NCBI GenBank assembly: GCA_017654855.1
Contig: CM030338.1
Coordinates: 2,108,001-2,172,000, forward strand
Reading direction: 5' to 3'
DNA length: 64,000 nt
From: Podospora anserina
Lineage: Eukaryota
Part shown: piece by piece, positions 1 through 14,926 of the stretch
How the letters are laid out: the number at the start of each line of letters is the position of its first letter
How positions within the stretch are numbered: position 1 is the stretch's first letter
Translations under genes and position numbers: made by a program
The notes under the pieces: model-generated
Databases searched by the model: none
The model's input: only the letters and a program-made list of their open reading frames with translations
Told to the model about the DNA's origin: nothing

Positions 1-3000
1 TTCCAACGCGACAGTGTTGGACGGGTTGATCTCCAGCTCTGGGTCGGCGGCAAACACCCCCGAGATTTCCAACGCGCGGAAGAGGTTGGCTTGGAGGATG
101 TACATCGCCCCTGTTTTTGTCTGGGCGAGCTGGAGGAGGAAGCAGAGTTTGGCGGTGAGGTACTGCTCCGTCGCTTCTGCTGTTGAGGCGGGGAGAGGAG
201 AAGGGGGGTTGATAATCGCGAGCCATTCTCGCAGGATTGTTTTCAGCGAGTCGACCAAGACGCCGATGAAGTTGAGCCTGTTGAGGGACTCAATGACGGA
301 AATGGATGTTGGGTTGGTGTGCGGCGAGGAGCGGGATATGTGGACTAGAGCTGATAAAAGGACCATGGCAGCGGTCTGGCAGAGCGTGTCAGACCCATAA
401 GCATCATCGCAGATGACGTGAAGGAGCTTCTCCCCGTGGTTCTGGATGGCCTTGTGGGTTCTGATCCTCGCCGTGAGGAGGCTCGAGCTGCGCGTGTCGC
501 CGCCGTCGTTGTCCACCACCCCAGTAAGGTAGCGGTAACAGATACTGTAGTATAACCCGCGCAGCTCGGCAAACTGGTTCCATTTGACAATAGACGCCAG
601 ACATACCTGGAAAAGCTGAAACAGCTTCTCGCTGACCAGATTCCCCATGGCAATCTTATCCGTCTCCAACCCAGGCGCACCGCCGGTATTATCCGAAAAG
701 TCAAGCTTGTAAAGAAGGATCTTGGCCACCTTTGCCAGCTCAAACGCCTCGGGAGGATTGTCCGTGTTCAACGACTCCAACGTCGGCAGAATAGCCTGCA
801 GCGCCTGCAGCAAGAACGTCGTCTTGACCGTGCCCCTGAACTCATTGGCCTCGAACATGACCAGCAACAGATCCGACCACTTCTTCAGCAGCTCAAGCCT
901 GACAGCCCGAACCAAAACCCGGCGGTTGTTGAACAGGAGATACTCCAGCAGCACCTGCTCCTCCGCTTGGATCTCATCCATGCCCTCCTGAGGCACCATG
1001 GCCAGCGTGTCCCGGTACTCGCTACGCTTGAGCTGAATGCACTCCTTCACTCTGGAGAGATTGTACTGTATCCCCGCCCCCCCAGCGTCGATCACACACG
1101 GGCTCAGGTCGAGCTCATGGTAGAAATGAAACTGCGGCGGCGCAACCTCCCACGAGATATCAACATTCATGAAATCAAAAAAGTCAAAAATATTGTGCGC
1201 CGCCAACGTCTCCTGGTTCTCCAGCGTGATCTGCCCATTGAGAGCATCAAAAATCTGACGCTTGATCGACGGTATCCTGTTCTGCGAAACGCTGCACAGC
1301 TCCTTGGCAATATACTCAAAGACAATGGCCCTCGAACCGAGGTAGTCGATATACGCAACCGACGCCGTCGACAGGAGGAACGAATTGTCATCCAGCGTCA
1401 TATCGTTCCACGGCAGCCCCGGCACGATTTGTGACTCTCTCAGAAGCATGTGGAACAGAAAGTTGGTTGACCTCAACTCTTCCATCACCAAAGTCGACGA
1501 AAGCGGCGACTTCCACAGCAGCTGGAAGATGCGGAGAATCTTGTACTTGAGCGTAATCAAGTATCCGCGCATTCCTCGATCACCCTCATTCACCACCAGT
1601 TCGATGACCACACCCAACAGGCTGTGGAAGAGGGATCTCTGGTTGTCAAACACCCCGTTGGGCGCAACGCTCAACCCCCGCAGCTCGCAGTTGAAACCGA
1701 GAAGCAAATGCGCAATCGTGGGCTGGTCGGGTGATGCCCTGAGGGTCTCGTATAAAAAGTCGAGAATGAAGAGTTTGATCAGGTATTCTTCCGACTCTGT
1801 CTCGAGCGCCGGATCGATCACCGCGTTGATGCTAGCAGCAAGTGATGTTCCGATGACCTCGCCCTCGCCATCCTTCTCAAGCTGGACAATGGCCTTGTTC
1901 CGGTGTCCTGGGCGATGGGTGTCGGGATTCCATGCCGAAATAAGCTTGCTGGAAGTTGAAACCTTCTCTAGCAGCTTGAGACAGGAAAGAGTGAGTTCGC
2001 TGACCCCGAGGTTGCAATACTTGCCCAGATCAACCAGCAGTGTCAGATGGTTGAGAATTCCATCCTCAATGGACGTATACGTGCTCTTGGCCAGAGTAAG
2101 CGGCCTCCGCTTCCCGGCCTCGGATTGAATCACAGGCCGCACCAAGTGAATAAAGGTCGCCTGAAGGTCGAGAACCTTGATCAGCACCTGGATCCCACGT
2201 AAGATACTCTGGATCAAGGGCGAGTGAGGTGAAGCCCGGCTGAGGGCATACTGGTCCTGATGAATGGTATCCATCAGGGCAGTGATGGCCTTTTCGCTAT
2301 ACATCCATTCCATAACGCGAGCAAAAGGATGAAGGCGAACATAAACCGCGAGACTGGTCGTTTTCACAGCCTTGTCAATCTCGATGTTTGTCTCGTTGCC
2401 CAGGACGATCAGGTCTTCGTTGAAGGTTTGCAAGCATGCCAGAATGAATTCTAGGCAGGAGAGACGCAGCATTCTCAGTTGGCCTTGGTCTACTATTTCC
2501 CTCGGCTTCATGGTGAACATCAAGAACACAAAGTCAACATAGATCTCTATCCCGGGTCTTCGCTTGTTCACACCGAGAAACTCGGGGAACGGCAAGGTGT
2601 CGTTGAGCCCATCGGAGACTGTGTAGGGCGTGACCAACGACGTAAGAAGCTGGATGAATGCGTTTGGCTCTTCAAAGCCAGTGGATAAATCGTTGAAAGC
2701 GCGTTCCTGCAGTTCTTCGTACGTCGACTGATATGTAGGACTTCGCTGTTGTTGAGCAGTCGCCGGGTTGTTGGGGTCCAGAGCTCCCATAGTGAAGTTG
2801 TCCACAAGAGTCCATATTATGTTACTTTCGGAAACCGACTTCATCACCAACAGTGATCTTAAGCTGTAAAAGACAGCGGCGCGAAGCCGGGGAGTGACGT
2901 TCGCATTTGCCAACCTGAACAGAATCTCGGGAAACGTGAGTTCCTGTGTCGTTGCCAACCTGGTTCTGCAGGTGCTGCTCTCCGCTGTGAGCTTGCCAAT

Positions 3001-4832
3001 CAACCGAACATAGCACTCCAGCATCATGGCCGATTCAGGCTCGGCCTCTCCCTGATCGGTGCCCGGTTTGCCTGGACGCTGGATCTGCATTTGCGCTGGG
3101 TTGGGCCTCTCGCTCAGTTTCTTGGCAAAGAACTCTAATTCCCTAAAGATTTGGTTCCAGGTCAGCGATTGGGATCGCCTCATTTTGCCAGAAGACTGGT
3201 GCCCCTCGTCGAGCAAAAATGTATGAGCAGCCGTTGCAGTCTCCTCGTTGCAGGCCAGAGCCTGTAGCATCTCGCAAAACGCACTAACCAGGGGCGTTGA
3301 TGCTTTTGTGGACGCCCATTGTAGGAAACCATACAGAGCACTATCTGGGTCCTCGAAGAAGGTCATGGCGGCATCTGGCCTGTCCTCGTACGCATACGAG
3401 ATGATGACCACGAACCGCTCGAGGTCGAGGTCTTGCTCGTGGGTTTGGCTCAGCTGGCGCTGCTCATCCTCCTCTGTTTTTAATGTCCTGACGAGCTCGG
3501 GTAGGTTTGTGATGACAGAGTCGATAAACACCTCCAGGTGGGCCATCAGGCTGAGCTGGAGGAAATGGCTGAAGTAGTAGAAATCACCTTGGAGAGGAGG
3601 TGACTTCCGTTGCAACCACTGCCGCATTCCCATGCGTGATGGATCTTGCCACTCCTCCGTCTTGCAATCGGCCGCCACAGAAAGGATAAAGTCGAATGCC
3701 CCCTCCTTGAGGGCCTCTGTAAATGCCTTTGTTCTCTTGTCAAACTCGACGTCCAGATCCAACCCACCAAGATCGAATTCGTTATCGACTTGGAAGTATC
3801 CAGTGTACTCGGCAATCCACCAGACCCGCGTGGCCGCTCCCAGATACGAAATAGCCCAGCTGTCACCATCTCCAGTTTTCAAGATCTCTTGGTCCAACTG
3901 GCGAGACTGCTGGAAGTCACACATGCCATCTGGTGAGCCAAACACGTTGATGTAGGCGGCCAAAACAGGGAATAGATGAACTGGCGCCCTCAGATTAGTA
4001 TTTGTCATGAACAAATCCGGACAGGGGGGTAAGGCTCACCGAGAAATTGATCGTACTTATCGATCTTCTTTAGCGTCCCCAAAAACTGCTTGAAGTCGTT
4101 GATATCGGCGTACTGCTTTTCCACGGCAGCGTGCAGTATCATGGCAAGACACTCATGCTGCTCCACGAGGCTCATGCGGGAGAACTCAATCGTGTCGGCA
4201 GCCTCTGGGGGCCGGGCGAGACTGGCTTGTTCTAGCATGTACCGGGACGCCACCCTCTCGTTGATGCTCTGCAACATAGCCTTGATGGTTTGCATAGCCT
4301 CCATACATCTCGCGACAATCTTTTTGCTTGAGCCCTTGACGAAGATCTTTTCCTCCAGAATTTTCCCAAAGGCATCCTTCAAATTGTCGTCCATTTCCTC
4401 GTCGTTTGCTAATTCGATGCAGAGCCGCATGCAGTCGAGTAGGTATTTTCGCTCTTGGTGGAAGCGGATGAGACCGCATTCCCATAGCGGGCGTGACTGT
4501 ATTTCCGAGTCGTCCTCGTCCTGGCAATCCAGAATAATCCTTCCAGCCTCGTACTCATCCAGATCCAACTCGTCGGCGACCTTGAGAGTCTCGAAGATGA
4601 AGTCATCGTTGACCTTGAATTCGCCGTCCTTGGTCTTGATTACCTTTTTGTTGGTGATGTCGTTTCTATGGGTAGAGTTTCGTGGTGTCTTGTCAACCAG
4701 CGCCTTCAAATTGTCGGAATGCAGCTCGATCAGGTTCTCTAGGACTGAGATGTTGTCAAAACGGTGTTGGCGAACAGCAACCAGCTCCGAGTGGAGGGCC
4801 TGTAGCCCCTCGAGAACGCGAAACTCAGCCAT
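1..4832 (-). CDS. NUP192: Nuclear pore inner-ring nucleoporin Nup192/Nup205 family (3' end runs off the window)
   Basis: ATG at 4832 gives MAEFRVLEGLQALHSEL...FKVNDDFIFETLKVADELDLDEYEA...IRFHQERKYLLDC, which I recognise as a fungal Nup192 N-terminus. Intron 3981-4039 (GTGAGC...CTAAT...CAG) joins DKYDQFL to VHLFPVL. Exon 2 appears to stay open from 3980 to the window edge. Confidence 0.88.
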
Positions 4833-5891
4833 GCCTGGCTCAAATGAGGCGCGTTGTGAAGAGAAAAGTGGTGGATGGTAAGGAAGGTTGCTGGCTGGCT
4901 TGGGAATTGAGTAAAATCGTATCAGTATCCGTACATCGCAGGCAAGCCTTTGTCGATGGACTCGCTCGTTCGTAGTTGCGGTCGCAGTGTGGAATGGTTG
5001 GTATTAGTTAAAAGAGGCCCCCTACGATGCTGTTATCAGTGAGGTTGGTATCGACACAATTCCTCCTAATTCGTCGAGATGGGGGTTTGTTAATGTTTCT
5101 GTTTTTGGAAGCGCTTTTGGAAAAAGAGTCGCGGCCAAACTAAACCGTGAGCTTTGCAGCTTGTCCTTGTCCCGCGCGCTCTTGCCTGCCGCGGATTTGG
5201 ACAGGCGCCAAGATGCGCTGGTCAACAAAACAATTAGGCGGTGAGCCATTCTGCCAGCGCCCTGTGGATCTCATCGGCACCCAGTGGATCCTCAGGGGTC
5301 ATCAACTTGGGGAAGGAAGTGGTCATAGCTTCCTGCATCACTCCTCCAGCAGCAGGTGCGATAGAGAGAGCCTTCCAATGTTTTGGGATGCGACTGCCGT
5401 TGCCCGTCTATTTTCTGTCCACAAACAGGCAAGAGCTGCCCTCAAGTGTCAAACTCTATCTTTCCCTTCATAAATGAAAGAGCTGCCCATAAAACACATT
5501 TCCTTTCCCACCACAAAATACCAACGGACAAACAACGTGGAAGCCTTTTAAAACTGAAGACTTTGGCGTTTCTCCCATCCGCTGCAGCACAAATGGGCTG
5601 CACTTTCTTCTCCCATCATCTCAATTTTTAATTCTCACTTCTCATAAACCCAAGTTATCAACACCTACCGTTATCTCTCCTCCTTCCATTTGAACATCAG
5701 ATCTCACAGATAACACACACTCGGCCACCACAACAGAACTTGTGTGTTGTATTTCAGACTCTGAACTCGCTGGGAACTGGACTCTCGGGTCCAATCCTGA
5801 CCACAATCCACTTTCGTCCTGTCCTGGGTCAGATCTGAGCCAATCCTGGTCTTAATTCGATGTGGTACGGTCAGCTGGGACAAAAGACGCA

Positions 5892-8800
5892 ATGGCACGT
5901 GGAAAGGGTTACAGCAATGAGCCTCTCAACTTCAAGGCGCTTGCCGGTAAGTGTTACATGGTTGCAGAGACAAGGCTGATGAAAGTAAACAATACACATG
6001 CTGACCATTGAAATGCAGCCCAGCTAGTCCATTCAACAGCCACGCAGCGCAAAGAAGCTCTTGACAGTATGCCTCTCTCGCTCTGTCCTGCATTTATGTT
6101 TATGTATACTGATTACCCTGACATAGGTTTGTTGGAGTTTTTCAAGACGGCAGAGAAAGGGGGCCTTCAGAGTCAGAAAGTGTAGGTCCCATACCTCAAT
6201 CCACAGCATACCACAACTAATACAAAACTAGTAATCCCTTTGATGACAAGTCATACCACTCCATCTACGAAGCCCTCTTCCGATGCACAGTCTTGGAAAA
6301 GGCAAGCTACTTCACTTCCAAGAAATCAGCCAGAGCCAGTGCTACTGCCAATGCCAGACTCGAAAAGTGCGCCGAGGTCCTCAGGCTGGCTGTCCGCCAT
6401 GGAGCTTCACGGATCAAGCGCAAAACAGCCAGAGCCATCATCGACCACATCACACAGGTGCTCCAGGGACCCGATGATACCTACATCGCACCTCTGCTCA
6501 AAGATTATGCCAAGGCTTTGTGCACATTCCTTCAGAACTCGGCCAATGTCGAAAATCTCTCCGCCTTTTCAGGTGAGAGCTGGGATGCTTGTGTCGACTT
6601 TTGTGTCGAAGCTCTCTCTCGCTATCTCGAGGTAGGTGGAAATGATAGCGGCTCTCGCGCCTCCCCGGCGCCAACTCTGAGAGCATCATCCGTCGGGCTT
6701 TCATCCCAGGGCGGAAACCAGATTGGTAGTCAGGTCGCTCTAGACTTTTTGTCATGCTTGAATTATCTGGTGGCTGCACCAAATGCACCGGTACTACGAC
6801 GGGCAGGGGAAATATCCCGAATCATTCTTCAGATTCTGCAACTTCGCCAGATGAAAATAGGGGAGCTGCACAAAGTGGCCTTTTCTGCCCTCAACAGAAT
6901 CTTTACTCGCACCCAGACCGACGACATCGCTCTTTCAAAGAGGCTTGTCATGACTCTGACCCCTTTGCTCTCTCATTGGTGGCAGCCGCGAGCCTTATCC
7001 CGGGACGCAATGCTGAATAGTATTCGCGATGAGATGCTCAAGACCATCTATGCTTCTCATCTTTATCTGGAGAGCATACTTCGGGAGTCGACAGACGAGT
7101 CTTTTCTTCAAGATGTGGAAGAACTTATGGATGCTCTTTGGTCGGACTACTCGAGGAGAGAAGAACGCGCAAGGCTCCAGCTTGATGATATCACTTTTAC
7201 TGGAATGCTCCTCCCATCCGATCATCCAACCACTGGCGTCTTCAGCCTTCGTCCGTACAATACAGGAGGCGAGCAAAATTGGGCGCTTTTGCAGAATCTC
7301 GCCACCCTAGAGGCCATCTACGCCCGCAGCTCAAACAAGCCATTTTCGCAGCAAGAGCCCGAGAATGACCAGCCTCGCAAGAGACGTCGAATGGTTAACA
7401 CGCCAAACAGGCTCCATCAGAAACTCAATTCTCGGGATCCTGCAGTGCAGCTGACAGCATTACAACTCGTGCCTTTTCTGAGCCGCCAGAAGCTGCTTAC
7501 TATCGAAGAAGCCACAGAGGCCATCACAGACTTGTCGAAATGTGTCACGGCGAAGCAAGGTGTCGTGGCATCGTGGGCGATGATCGCATGCTCCAGCCTC
7601 ACCTCCCATGAAGTTTGTCGAGATGCCTCCCTGTCTCAAACCTGGAAGCAGTTGTGGCAGCTTGGTGTGCGGTCTGTCAGCCTGGCACCAACCACACGTG
7701 CTGCCTCGGTCTTCTTGGACTCCGTGATCAAAGCGTCCCTGATCCCAAGACATGAGTTGGCCGGTGATGTGAACCACATGATCATAACCGCCGATATCAG
7801 CGGCCCTGCGATCCTGGTTGACTCTTCTCTCAAGTTGATGCTGAGCCTCCTGCGTCTACGCAATACCATGTCACCCAATGCCAGCCAAGCTACGACCAGC
7901 CATGTCATCCGGTGGGTTTTTGTCAAGTGGAATCCAGCTGAACTGACCTATGCCTCACTTCATTCGGTACATACGGCTCCGTTTGATCTGACCAACCTCC
8001 TGAGAGGCTGCTTTGGGATGCCAGCTTTGAAGATGGGTGCTCCTCTCCGGCTCTTTGGGGGAGCGATTGTACAGTTCTGGAAGAAGCAAAGTCAAGCCTA
8101 TCCGCTGATGCGGTATCTGCTGCTTCTTGAGGACGAAACAACATCAGCAACGACACTCATGGCTGAACCCGAGGATGTTATCCTGCCAGAGGAACAGCAA
8201 GAACAGACGGTCGACCCAACTGGGTCGCACACCGCAAAGCGCCTTATCCTCGAGCTACTGTATCCTAAACTGGAAGAACTTCACCAGATCACCGAGTCGT
8301 GGCAGAAGCGCGGGCCGGATGGTGTTGCGCCAGTTGCGATATCTGCGGATCGGTTGCAGAGCATGATGCTTGCTTGTCTTGTTGGCGCCACCCTCCTTCC
8401 AGAACTAGTCAATCTCAACTCTTCCATGTCCAAAGATTTGGAGTCGACACTTTTTGAGGTCATTGACGGCGCCTTCCGAGTCATTCTCGCGGCTCCTCAA
8501 ATCGATGAGTTCTTTGAACTGGTGTTGACGACGGTGGTCCCGTTTATCCCGCCCTTTGTGGAAAGCCAGGTGGCAGCGCTCAGGAAGGAACAGTCTCACT
8601 TGTTGAAGCTGTACTCGAAGCTGTCGATTGCTCTTCAGGAAAAGGCTCAAAAGGAGGCCTTTGGACGGAGCATGGATGCTATGGACATTGACGACGAGTT
8701 TGAGTCCCAGACGAGCCAGAGTTCGGCTGTGTCAAAGGGGAAGACGTTGGCGAGGAGGGATAGTCTTTTGTGTTGGACCCCTGAGGCGTTTTATCTCGAG

Positions 8801-11800
8801 ACGACGCTGAGGGTGCATTACCTGGAGATTATCAGGCAGGATGAGGGGGAACTGGGGCATGTACCTGAACCGATGATGGAGCAACTGCTGAGTTTGGAAA
8901 AGGAGCAGCTGTTGACTTGTCGGGTGTTTATGAAGGAGTTGTTTTCTTGTGGGTGGATGGCGAGGTTGAAGACTGTGGTGAGGGTGTTTGAGACGGTTGG
9001 GGGAATTATTTCGGAGGATGAGTTTTCGTGCTGTGAGGTGGCGCTTTGCACGTGCATTGATGTGATGGATGGGTTTATTTACTTTTGGACGGATCAGAAG
9101 TTAGAGGAGGCGATTGGGCGGATGGTGGGGGATCTGTATCATTACCTTGTCAAGAGCTCGCTGCCGAACAACTCGATGAGTCCGGTTGTGCAGGGGGTGT
9201 TTAGTGGGCTGCTTTTTCATATACTGGAGGTGAGGTCGGGGTATGCGGGGGATCTGGGGTTGCCGAGCGCGAGGAGCACGTTGTTGGGGGTGTGTCAGGA
9301 GGGGGGGATGGAGGTGAAGTATGAGATTGGGAAGGGGTTGCCGGGGGTGTTTGGGTTGTATGTGCTTAAGACGCACGATGACATTTTCCTGGATGTGCTG
9401 GACAGCTTGCCTACCGATCCGTCGATGGAGGAGGGGATCGCGTATAGGTTGTTTGTGTTGGCGGAATTGGCGTGTAGGTGGCCGACGCTGTTGAGGAGGT
9501 GTATTTATCACATCTTTGAGACGCCGGGGAAGATTGTGAGGAGTGTGAGGTATGCGGGGTGGTGTTTGAGGAGGATATCGAAGGAGTTGAAGTTGAGCGG
9601 GCCGGAGGAGCTGTTTCGGCTGTTTGCGCCGCAGCTGCTTTACACGTGGTTGGATGAGAACTCGATTGAGGATATCCCGTTTGAGATCTTTGGGTTCAAG
9701 AGCCTGCAGGATTTGCTGGCGGAGGGGCAGACGGAGGCGGCGGCGATTATGATTATGAGGGGGCAGGAGACTGAGGCGTTGGAGTTGGCCAAGATGCTGG
9801 GGTTGACGCTGCAGGAGCTGGTCAAAAGGAACTTTACAAAGATCATTGCGTATTGCATCGCGCACGATGTCAGTGTGCAGAGGGAGGAAGGGCAGATCAC
9901 GGGGGAGAAGAGGCTGATCAAGATTCTTATTAAGGAAGGGTTTCTGGAGCAGATTCACCTCAATTTTGCCGACATTATTGCAACGTTTTTTGAGACCTTC
10001 GACCAGGAGGATCCGGTCGAGAAGGCGTTTAGACGGAATGAAGGGCTTGGGTATGCGGCGGATATTGTTGAGATGATCAAGGAGTATGGCCATTTGCCTA
10101 CGAAGCTTCCGCCGAATCAGCAACCGTGCTTTAGGGCGAAGTATCTCCCCATTGAGATGCTTCACCTTTTGAGCAGAACGCCGTATGAGTTGGATCAGAT
10201 TTGGACGCCGGCGTTGGTGGTGTTTATTGCTCGGAAGCTCCTCAACACCATTCACCCGGCCCTTGGCCCTCTTCACGCCTGCTCGGTTCTGCGCAAGATC
10301 AGAGTGTTGATCTGCCTTGCTGGTCCTACAGCACTTACCGCCTACCCGTTGGAGATGCTCCTGCACTCCATCCGGGCCTTCGTCGTCGACCCCGAGTGCG
10401 CAGACGATGCGCTGGGCATCACGCAGTACCTCATCATCAAAGGCTCTGACCACCTCAGCAAAACCCCATCCTTCTTCGCGGGCTATGCGCTCTCGTCCCT
10501 GGCCGACCTGAGGGTATTTTTGGAATCCTCCCAGTCGAGCACAACTCAGGAGTCCCAGTTCCGAGCCACAAAGTCGAAAGCCCAGGTGTTTCATGATTGG
10601 TTTGGGAAGTATCTCAAGGGGTATGAGAGCAAGATTCTAAAGGAGAACCCTGAGCATCTTAAAGCTTTCAGGGCGATCACTCAGTCGGCAGCGGAGATCA
10701 GAGTCATGGGCAACGCAGAGAGGGGAACGAATGAGAGTAACTTGCTCATGGAGATCCTCAAAGATTGGGACAGGGCTGATAGCGAGGGTGATGAGCTGCT
10801 AAATGAACCTGCTCGTGGTGTTGCCTTGAGGATGCTGTGTGGGCAGTTTGGGCCTGCGCCGAAGGAGAGGGGGTTGGATGTTATTGGGGAGGATGAGGAG
10901 GCTGTCAAGTATAAGGGGGTGGTTTGGAAGAGTTGTATGGAGGAGGGAGGGATGGGGTTGAGTGGCGAGTACTTGGCCTGGGCGGGGAGGGTGATTGGGC
11001 GTGGGTTTGCCGCTAGTGGGGAAGTTCCTGGGGGGCTGTTGAAGGAGAGCAGACTGGAGGAGTACAAGACGTTGAGTTGTAAAGCGGGTGGGAAAGAACT
11101 AGGGAGTTCAGAGGAGGGGTTGCTGAATCTGATGGAGCAGTTGACTGTCAGCGGGGATTGTTTGACTGCTGGGCTGGCGGAGGCAGCGCTGAGGACTGTG
11201 TTCAGTGACGCGGCTGCTGATAACTTCCAGGAGCTTGTGGCAGCTTGCCAGCGGAGTTTGAGTGAAGCTCTGGCGGATAGTTTGGATTGGGAGCCGTTCC
11301 GGACGCCGCAGTCGGATCTGGTCAAGGTGGAGAAGGTAAGGGAGCAGGAGGTGTTTAGTGGGGCGAAGTTGGGAGAGGCGGACTGGGCGAGAAAGTTGAC
11401 GACGTTGTTGGCGCAGGCGGTGCCGGATGATGTTACGCTGAGAGTGCTGCCCCCGATATTGACCAAAGTCAAGGGGTTTGCGGAGCAGGCTTTTCCGTTT
11501 GTGGTGCACTTGGTGCTGAGCTATCAGCTGGATAAACAGCAGGGGGTGAAGAGGCAGCTTTCGGAGGTGATGAAGGAATGGTTGAAGAACGAGGAGGAGG
11601 GGGCGAGGGAGAATGTGAAGTTGTTGCTCAACACGATTCTGTACCTGAGGACGCAGCCACTTGCCGGGGAGGCTTCCATTGCAGATCGGGGGCATTGGTT
11701 GGAGGTTAATCTGACGAGTGCGGCTGCTGCTGCGACGAGGTGTGGAATGTTCAAGGTTGCGTTGCTGTTTGCGGAACTGGCTTCGAGCGAGGAGTCGAGG

Positions 11801-14800
11801 GCGTCGAGGAGGTCATCGGCGATTAGGGAGGTGGAGGATTCGAGCGAAATTTTGTTGGATATCTTTGAGAATATTGATGATCCGGATGCGTACTACGGGC
11901 TGGCACAGGATGCTTCGCTGAGTACGGTGTTGGCCAGGTTGGAGTATGAGAATGATGGTGGGAAGAGTCTTGCTTTCAGGGGGGCGCAGTATGACAGTCA
12001 TTTGAGGAGTCGAGATGCTGCCTCGAAACAGGATGGGCAGGCGCTTATCAAGGCGTTGAGTAGTTTGGGTCTGGCCGGGTTGTCGAACTCGTTGTTGCAG
12101 ACGCAGCAGAGTCTGGATGAGTCTTCTAACTCGCTGGATAGCACTTTTACGACGGCGAGGAGGCTGGAAATCTGGAATTTGCCGGCGCCGGCGACAAATG
12201 ATAATTGGGCGGTGACGGTGTATAGAGCGTATCAGAGTATGCACCAGGCTTCGGATATTGAGGCTGTCAGGGGTGTTATTCATGATGGGCTTCGGGGGAC
12301 CATCAAGCACTTGACCAGCAAGAGTCTCAATACGACGAGCATGAGGCACCAGCTGGGTGTGCTGGCTGCTTTGGCGGAACTAGATGATGCTCTCAGTATC
12401 ACTGACCCGGCTGAGATGAAGAGGGGACTTCAGATGTTTGAGACGAGGTCGAAGTGGATGATGAGCGGACGGTATGAGGATGTCAGTCAGATCCTGTCTT
12501 GTCGGGAGACGACATTGAGTATGTGGAGCCAGCATCACAAACTGAGAGCGGCAACTATCCCACCAGCAGATGCCCGGTTTGCTCAGATTAAAGGACTGCT
12601 GCTGTCGTCTGATATCTTCCGTTTCCACCGACAGCACCAAGAGACGTTGAATTTGTCAACCACACTCACCGATCTGATCCAGCCAAGCGAGGCTATGGGG
12701 CTCAATGTGGATGCAGCTATTCGGATGGAGGCGGCGAATTCACTGTGGGATCAGGGGGAGATGATTTCTTCCATTAGGATGCTGCAAGCTATTGACAAGG
12801 ACTCGTCGTTGAAGAAGCAGACGATTCCTGTCAGTCGATCGGATTTGTTGGCCAAGATTGGGTTTCAGGTCTCGGTTGCTAGGCTGGAGAGCCCGGATAG
12901 CACACAGAAGAAGTATCTTGAGCCGGCGCTGAAGGAGCTCAGGGGCAAGAATGAAGGCAAGGAGGCTGGACAGGTGTTTCACCAGTTTGCCATGTTTTGT
13001 GATGAGCAGCTCCAGAACCCGGATAGTTTGGAGGATTTGGCACGGCTGCAGAACCTCAAAAAGGGCAAGAGTGATGAGGTTGAGCAGCTGAAGCAGTTGA
13101 TTTCAAGCTCGAGGGACTCGCAGACGAAGAGCAGGTACTCGAGTCACTTGGCGAAGGCTCGGCAGTGGCTCGATTTGGATCAGCAGGAGTTGAGAAGGGT
13201 TGAGCAGTCGAGGACTGAGTTTGTGAAGCTCAGTTTGGAGAACTATCTGCTATCTTTGGCCGCTTCGGATGAGCATAACAACGATGCGCTGCGGTTCACG
13301 GCTCTTTGGCTGGAGAGGTCGGAGGAGGATGCTACCAATGAGGCGGTCAAGAGGTACATTGGCAAGGTCCCGACTCGAAAGTTTGCGCCGTTGATGAACC
13401 AGCTTTCGTCTCGGGTACAGGATCAGAAGACTCTCTTCCAGAATGTGCTTATTGATCTCATTTATCGGATCTGTGTTGATCATCCCTATCACGGGATGTA
13501 TCAGATCTGGTCTGGGGCGAGGACAAAGGTCAATAAGGACGACGATGTTGCGGTTTCCCGGCAAAAGGCGACGGATAGAGTTGCTAAGGCACTTACCAGG
13601 GCCGAGGCGGTGTCTGCCATCTGGCCGGCGATTGACCAGACAAGCAGGGTGTACCATATGCTCGCCATGGATCGGGACACGAACAGGTTCAAGCAAGGTT
13701 CCAAAATTGCCATCAAGGACTCTCAGCATGGGCCCAGCTTCCTCACGACGTTGTCAAAGTATAAGATTCCGCCGCCGACCATGCAGATGGAGCTGTCGCC
13801 TACGTGTGATTACAGCCATATCCCGATGATTGTCAAGTTTGATCCTTATATGACTATTGCTTCTGGTGTGAGCGCGCCAAAGATTCTGACGGCGATTGGG
13901 TCGGATGGGAGACGGTATAAACAATTGGTCAAGGGGGGTAATGATGACTTGCGTCAGGATGCTATCATGGAGCAGGTTTTTGCTGCCGTGTCGGAGTTGC
14001 TTAAACTTCATCGTACCACCCGCCAACGAAACCTCGGCATCAGGACGTACAAGGTTTTGCCGCTGACGTCCAGTTCGGGGTTGATTGAGTTTGTCTCGAA
14101 TACTATACCTCTGCATGAGTATCTCATGCCCGCTCACGAGAAGTACTACCCCAAGGACCTCAAGGGGTCGCAATGCAGGAAGGAGATCTCGACGGCGCAG
14201 ACAAAGACTACTGAGCACAGGATTGCGGTTTACCGCAGGGTCACGGAGAAGTTCCACCCGGTGATGAGGTACTTTTTTATCGAGTATTTCCCCGACCCTG
14301 ACGAGTGGTTCCACAAGCGCACCGCCTATACGAGAACCACGGCGGCGATTTCCATGCTGGGCCATGTGTTGGGGTTGGGTGACAGACATGGGCACAACAT
14401 CCTCCTCGACACCAAGACTGGCGAGGTAGTCCACATTGATCTGGGCGTGGCGTTTGAAATGGGAAGAGTCCTGCCAGTCCCGGAACTGGTGCCGTTTAGG
14501 TTGACGAGGGACATTGTCGACGGGATGGGAATCACCAAGACCGAGGGTGTGTTTAGGAGGTGCTGCGAGTTTACGCTTGATGCGCTGAGGGAGGAGGCGG
14601 GGAGTATACAGACTGTTTTGGACTCGCTGAGGTTCGACACGTTGTATCAGTGGAGCATTAGCCCGGTGAGGATGGCCAAGCTGCAGCAGAATGCGAGGGA
14701 GGAGGATGATGGGGAGAATGAGGAGAACGAGGAGGCGGGGGGGGAGAAGAAGGGGGTCAAGGGGAACGTGAACGAGCCCAGCGAGGCGGATAGGGCGATT

Positions 14801-14926
14801 GAGGTTGTCAAGAAGAAGCTGAGCAAGACGTTGAGCGTGATGGCGACGGTGAATGATTTGATTGAGAAGGCGGGGAGTGTGGGGAATTTGGCGGTTTTGT
14901 ATTCGGGGTGGGCTGCTTATGCTTGA
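5892..14926 (+). CDS. TEL1: Serine/threonine PIKK kinase Tel1/ATM
   Basis: Predicted exons 5892-5946, 6019-6066, 6127-6181 and 6232-14926, with GT-AG introns that keep frame. Features: N-terminal TAN-like region (DKSYHSIYEALFR), FAT region, PI3K-like kinase motifs (KGGNDDLRQD, GLGDRHGHNILLD, HIDLG, PELVPFRLTRD) and FATC end LAVLYSGWAAYA. Confidence 0.96.

Noticed and set aside
9101-10594. 497-aa minus-strand ORF (and similar ones at 1385-2128, 4090-4881, 37048-37803, 40082-41281)
   Set aside because: Antisense shadows of well-supported genes (TEL1, NUP192, UGA1, SET2) produced by codon bias; no recognisable motifs.
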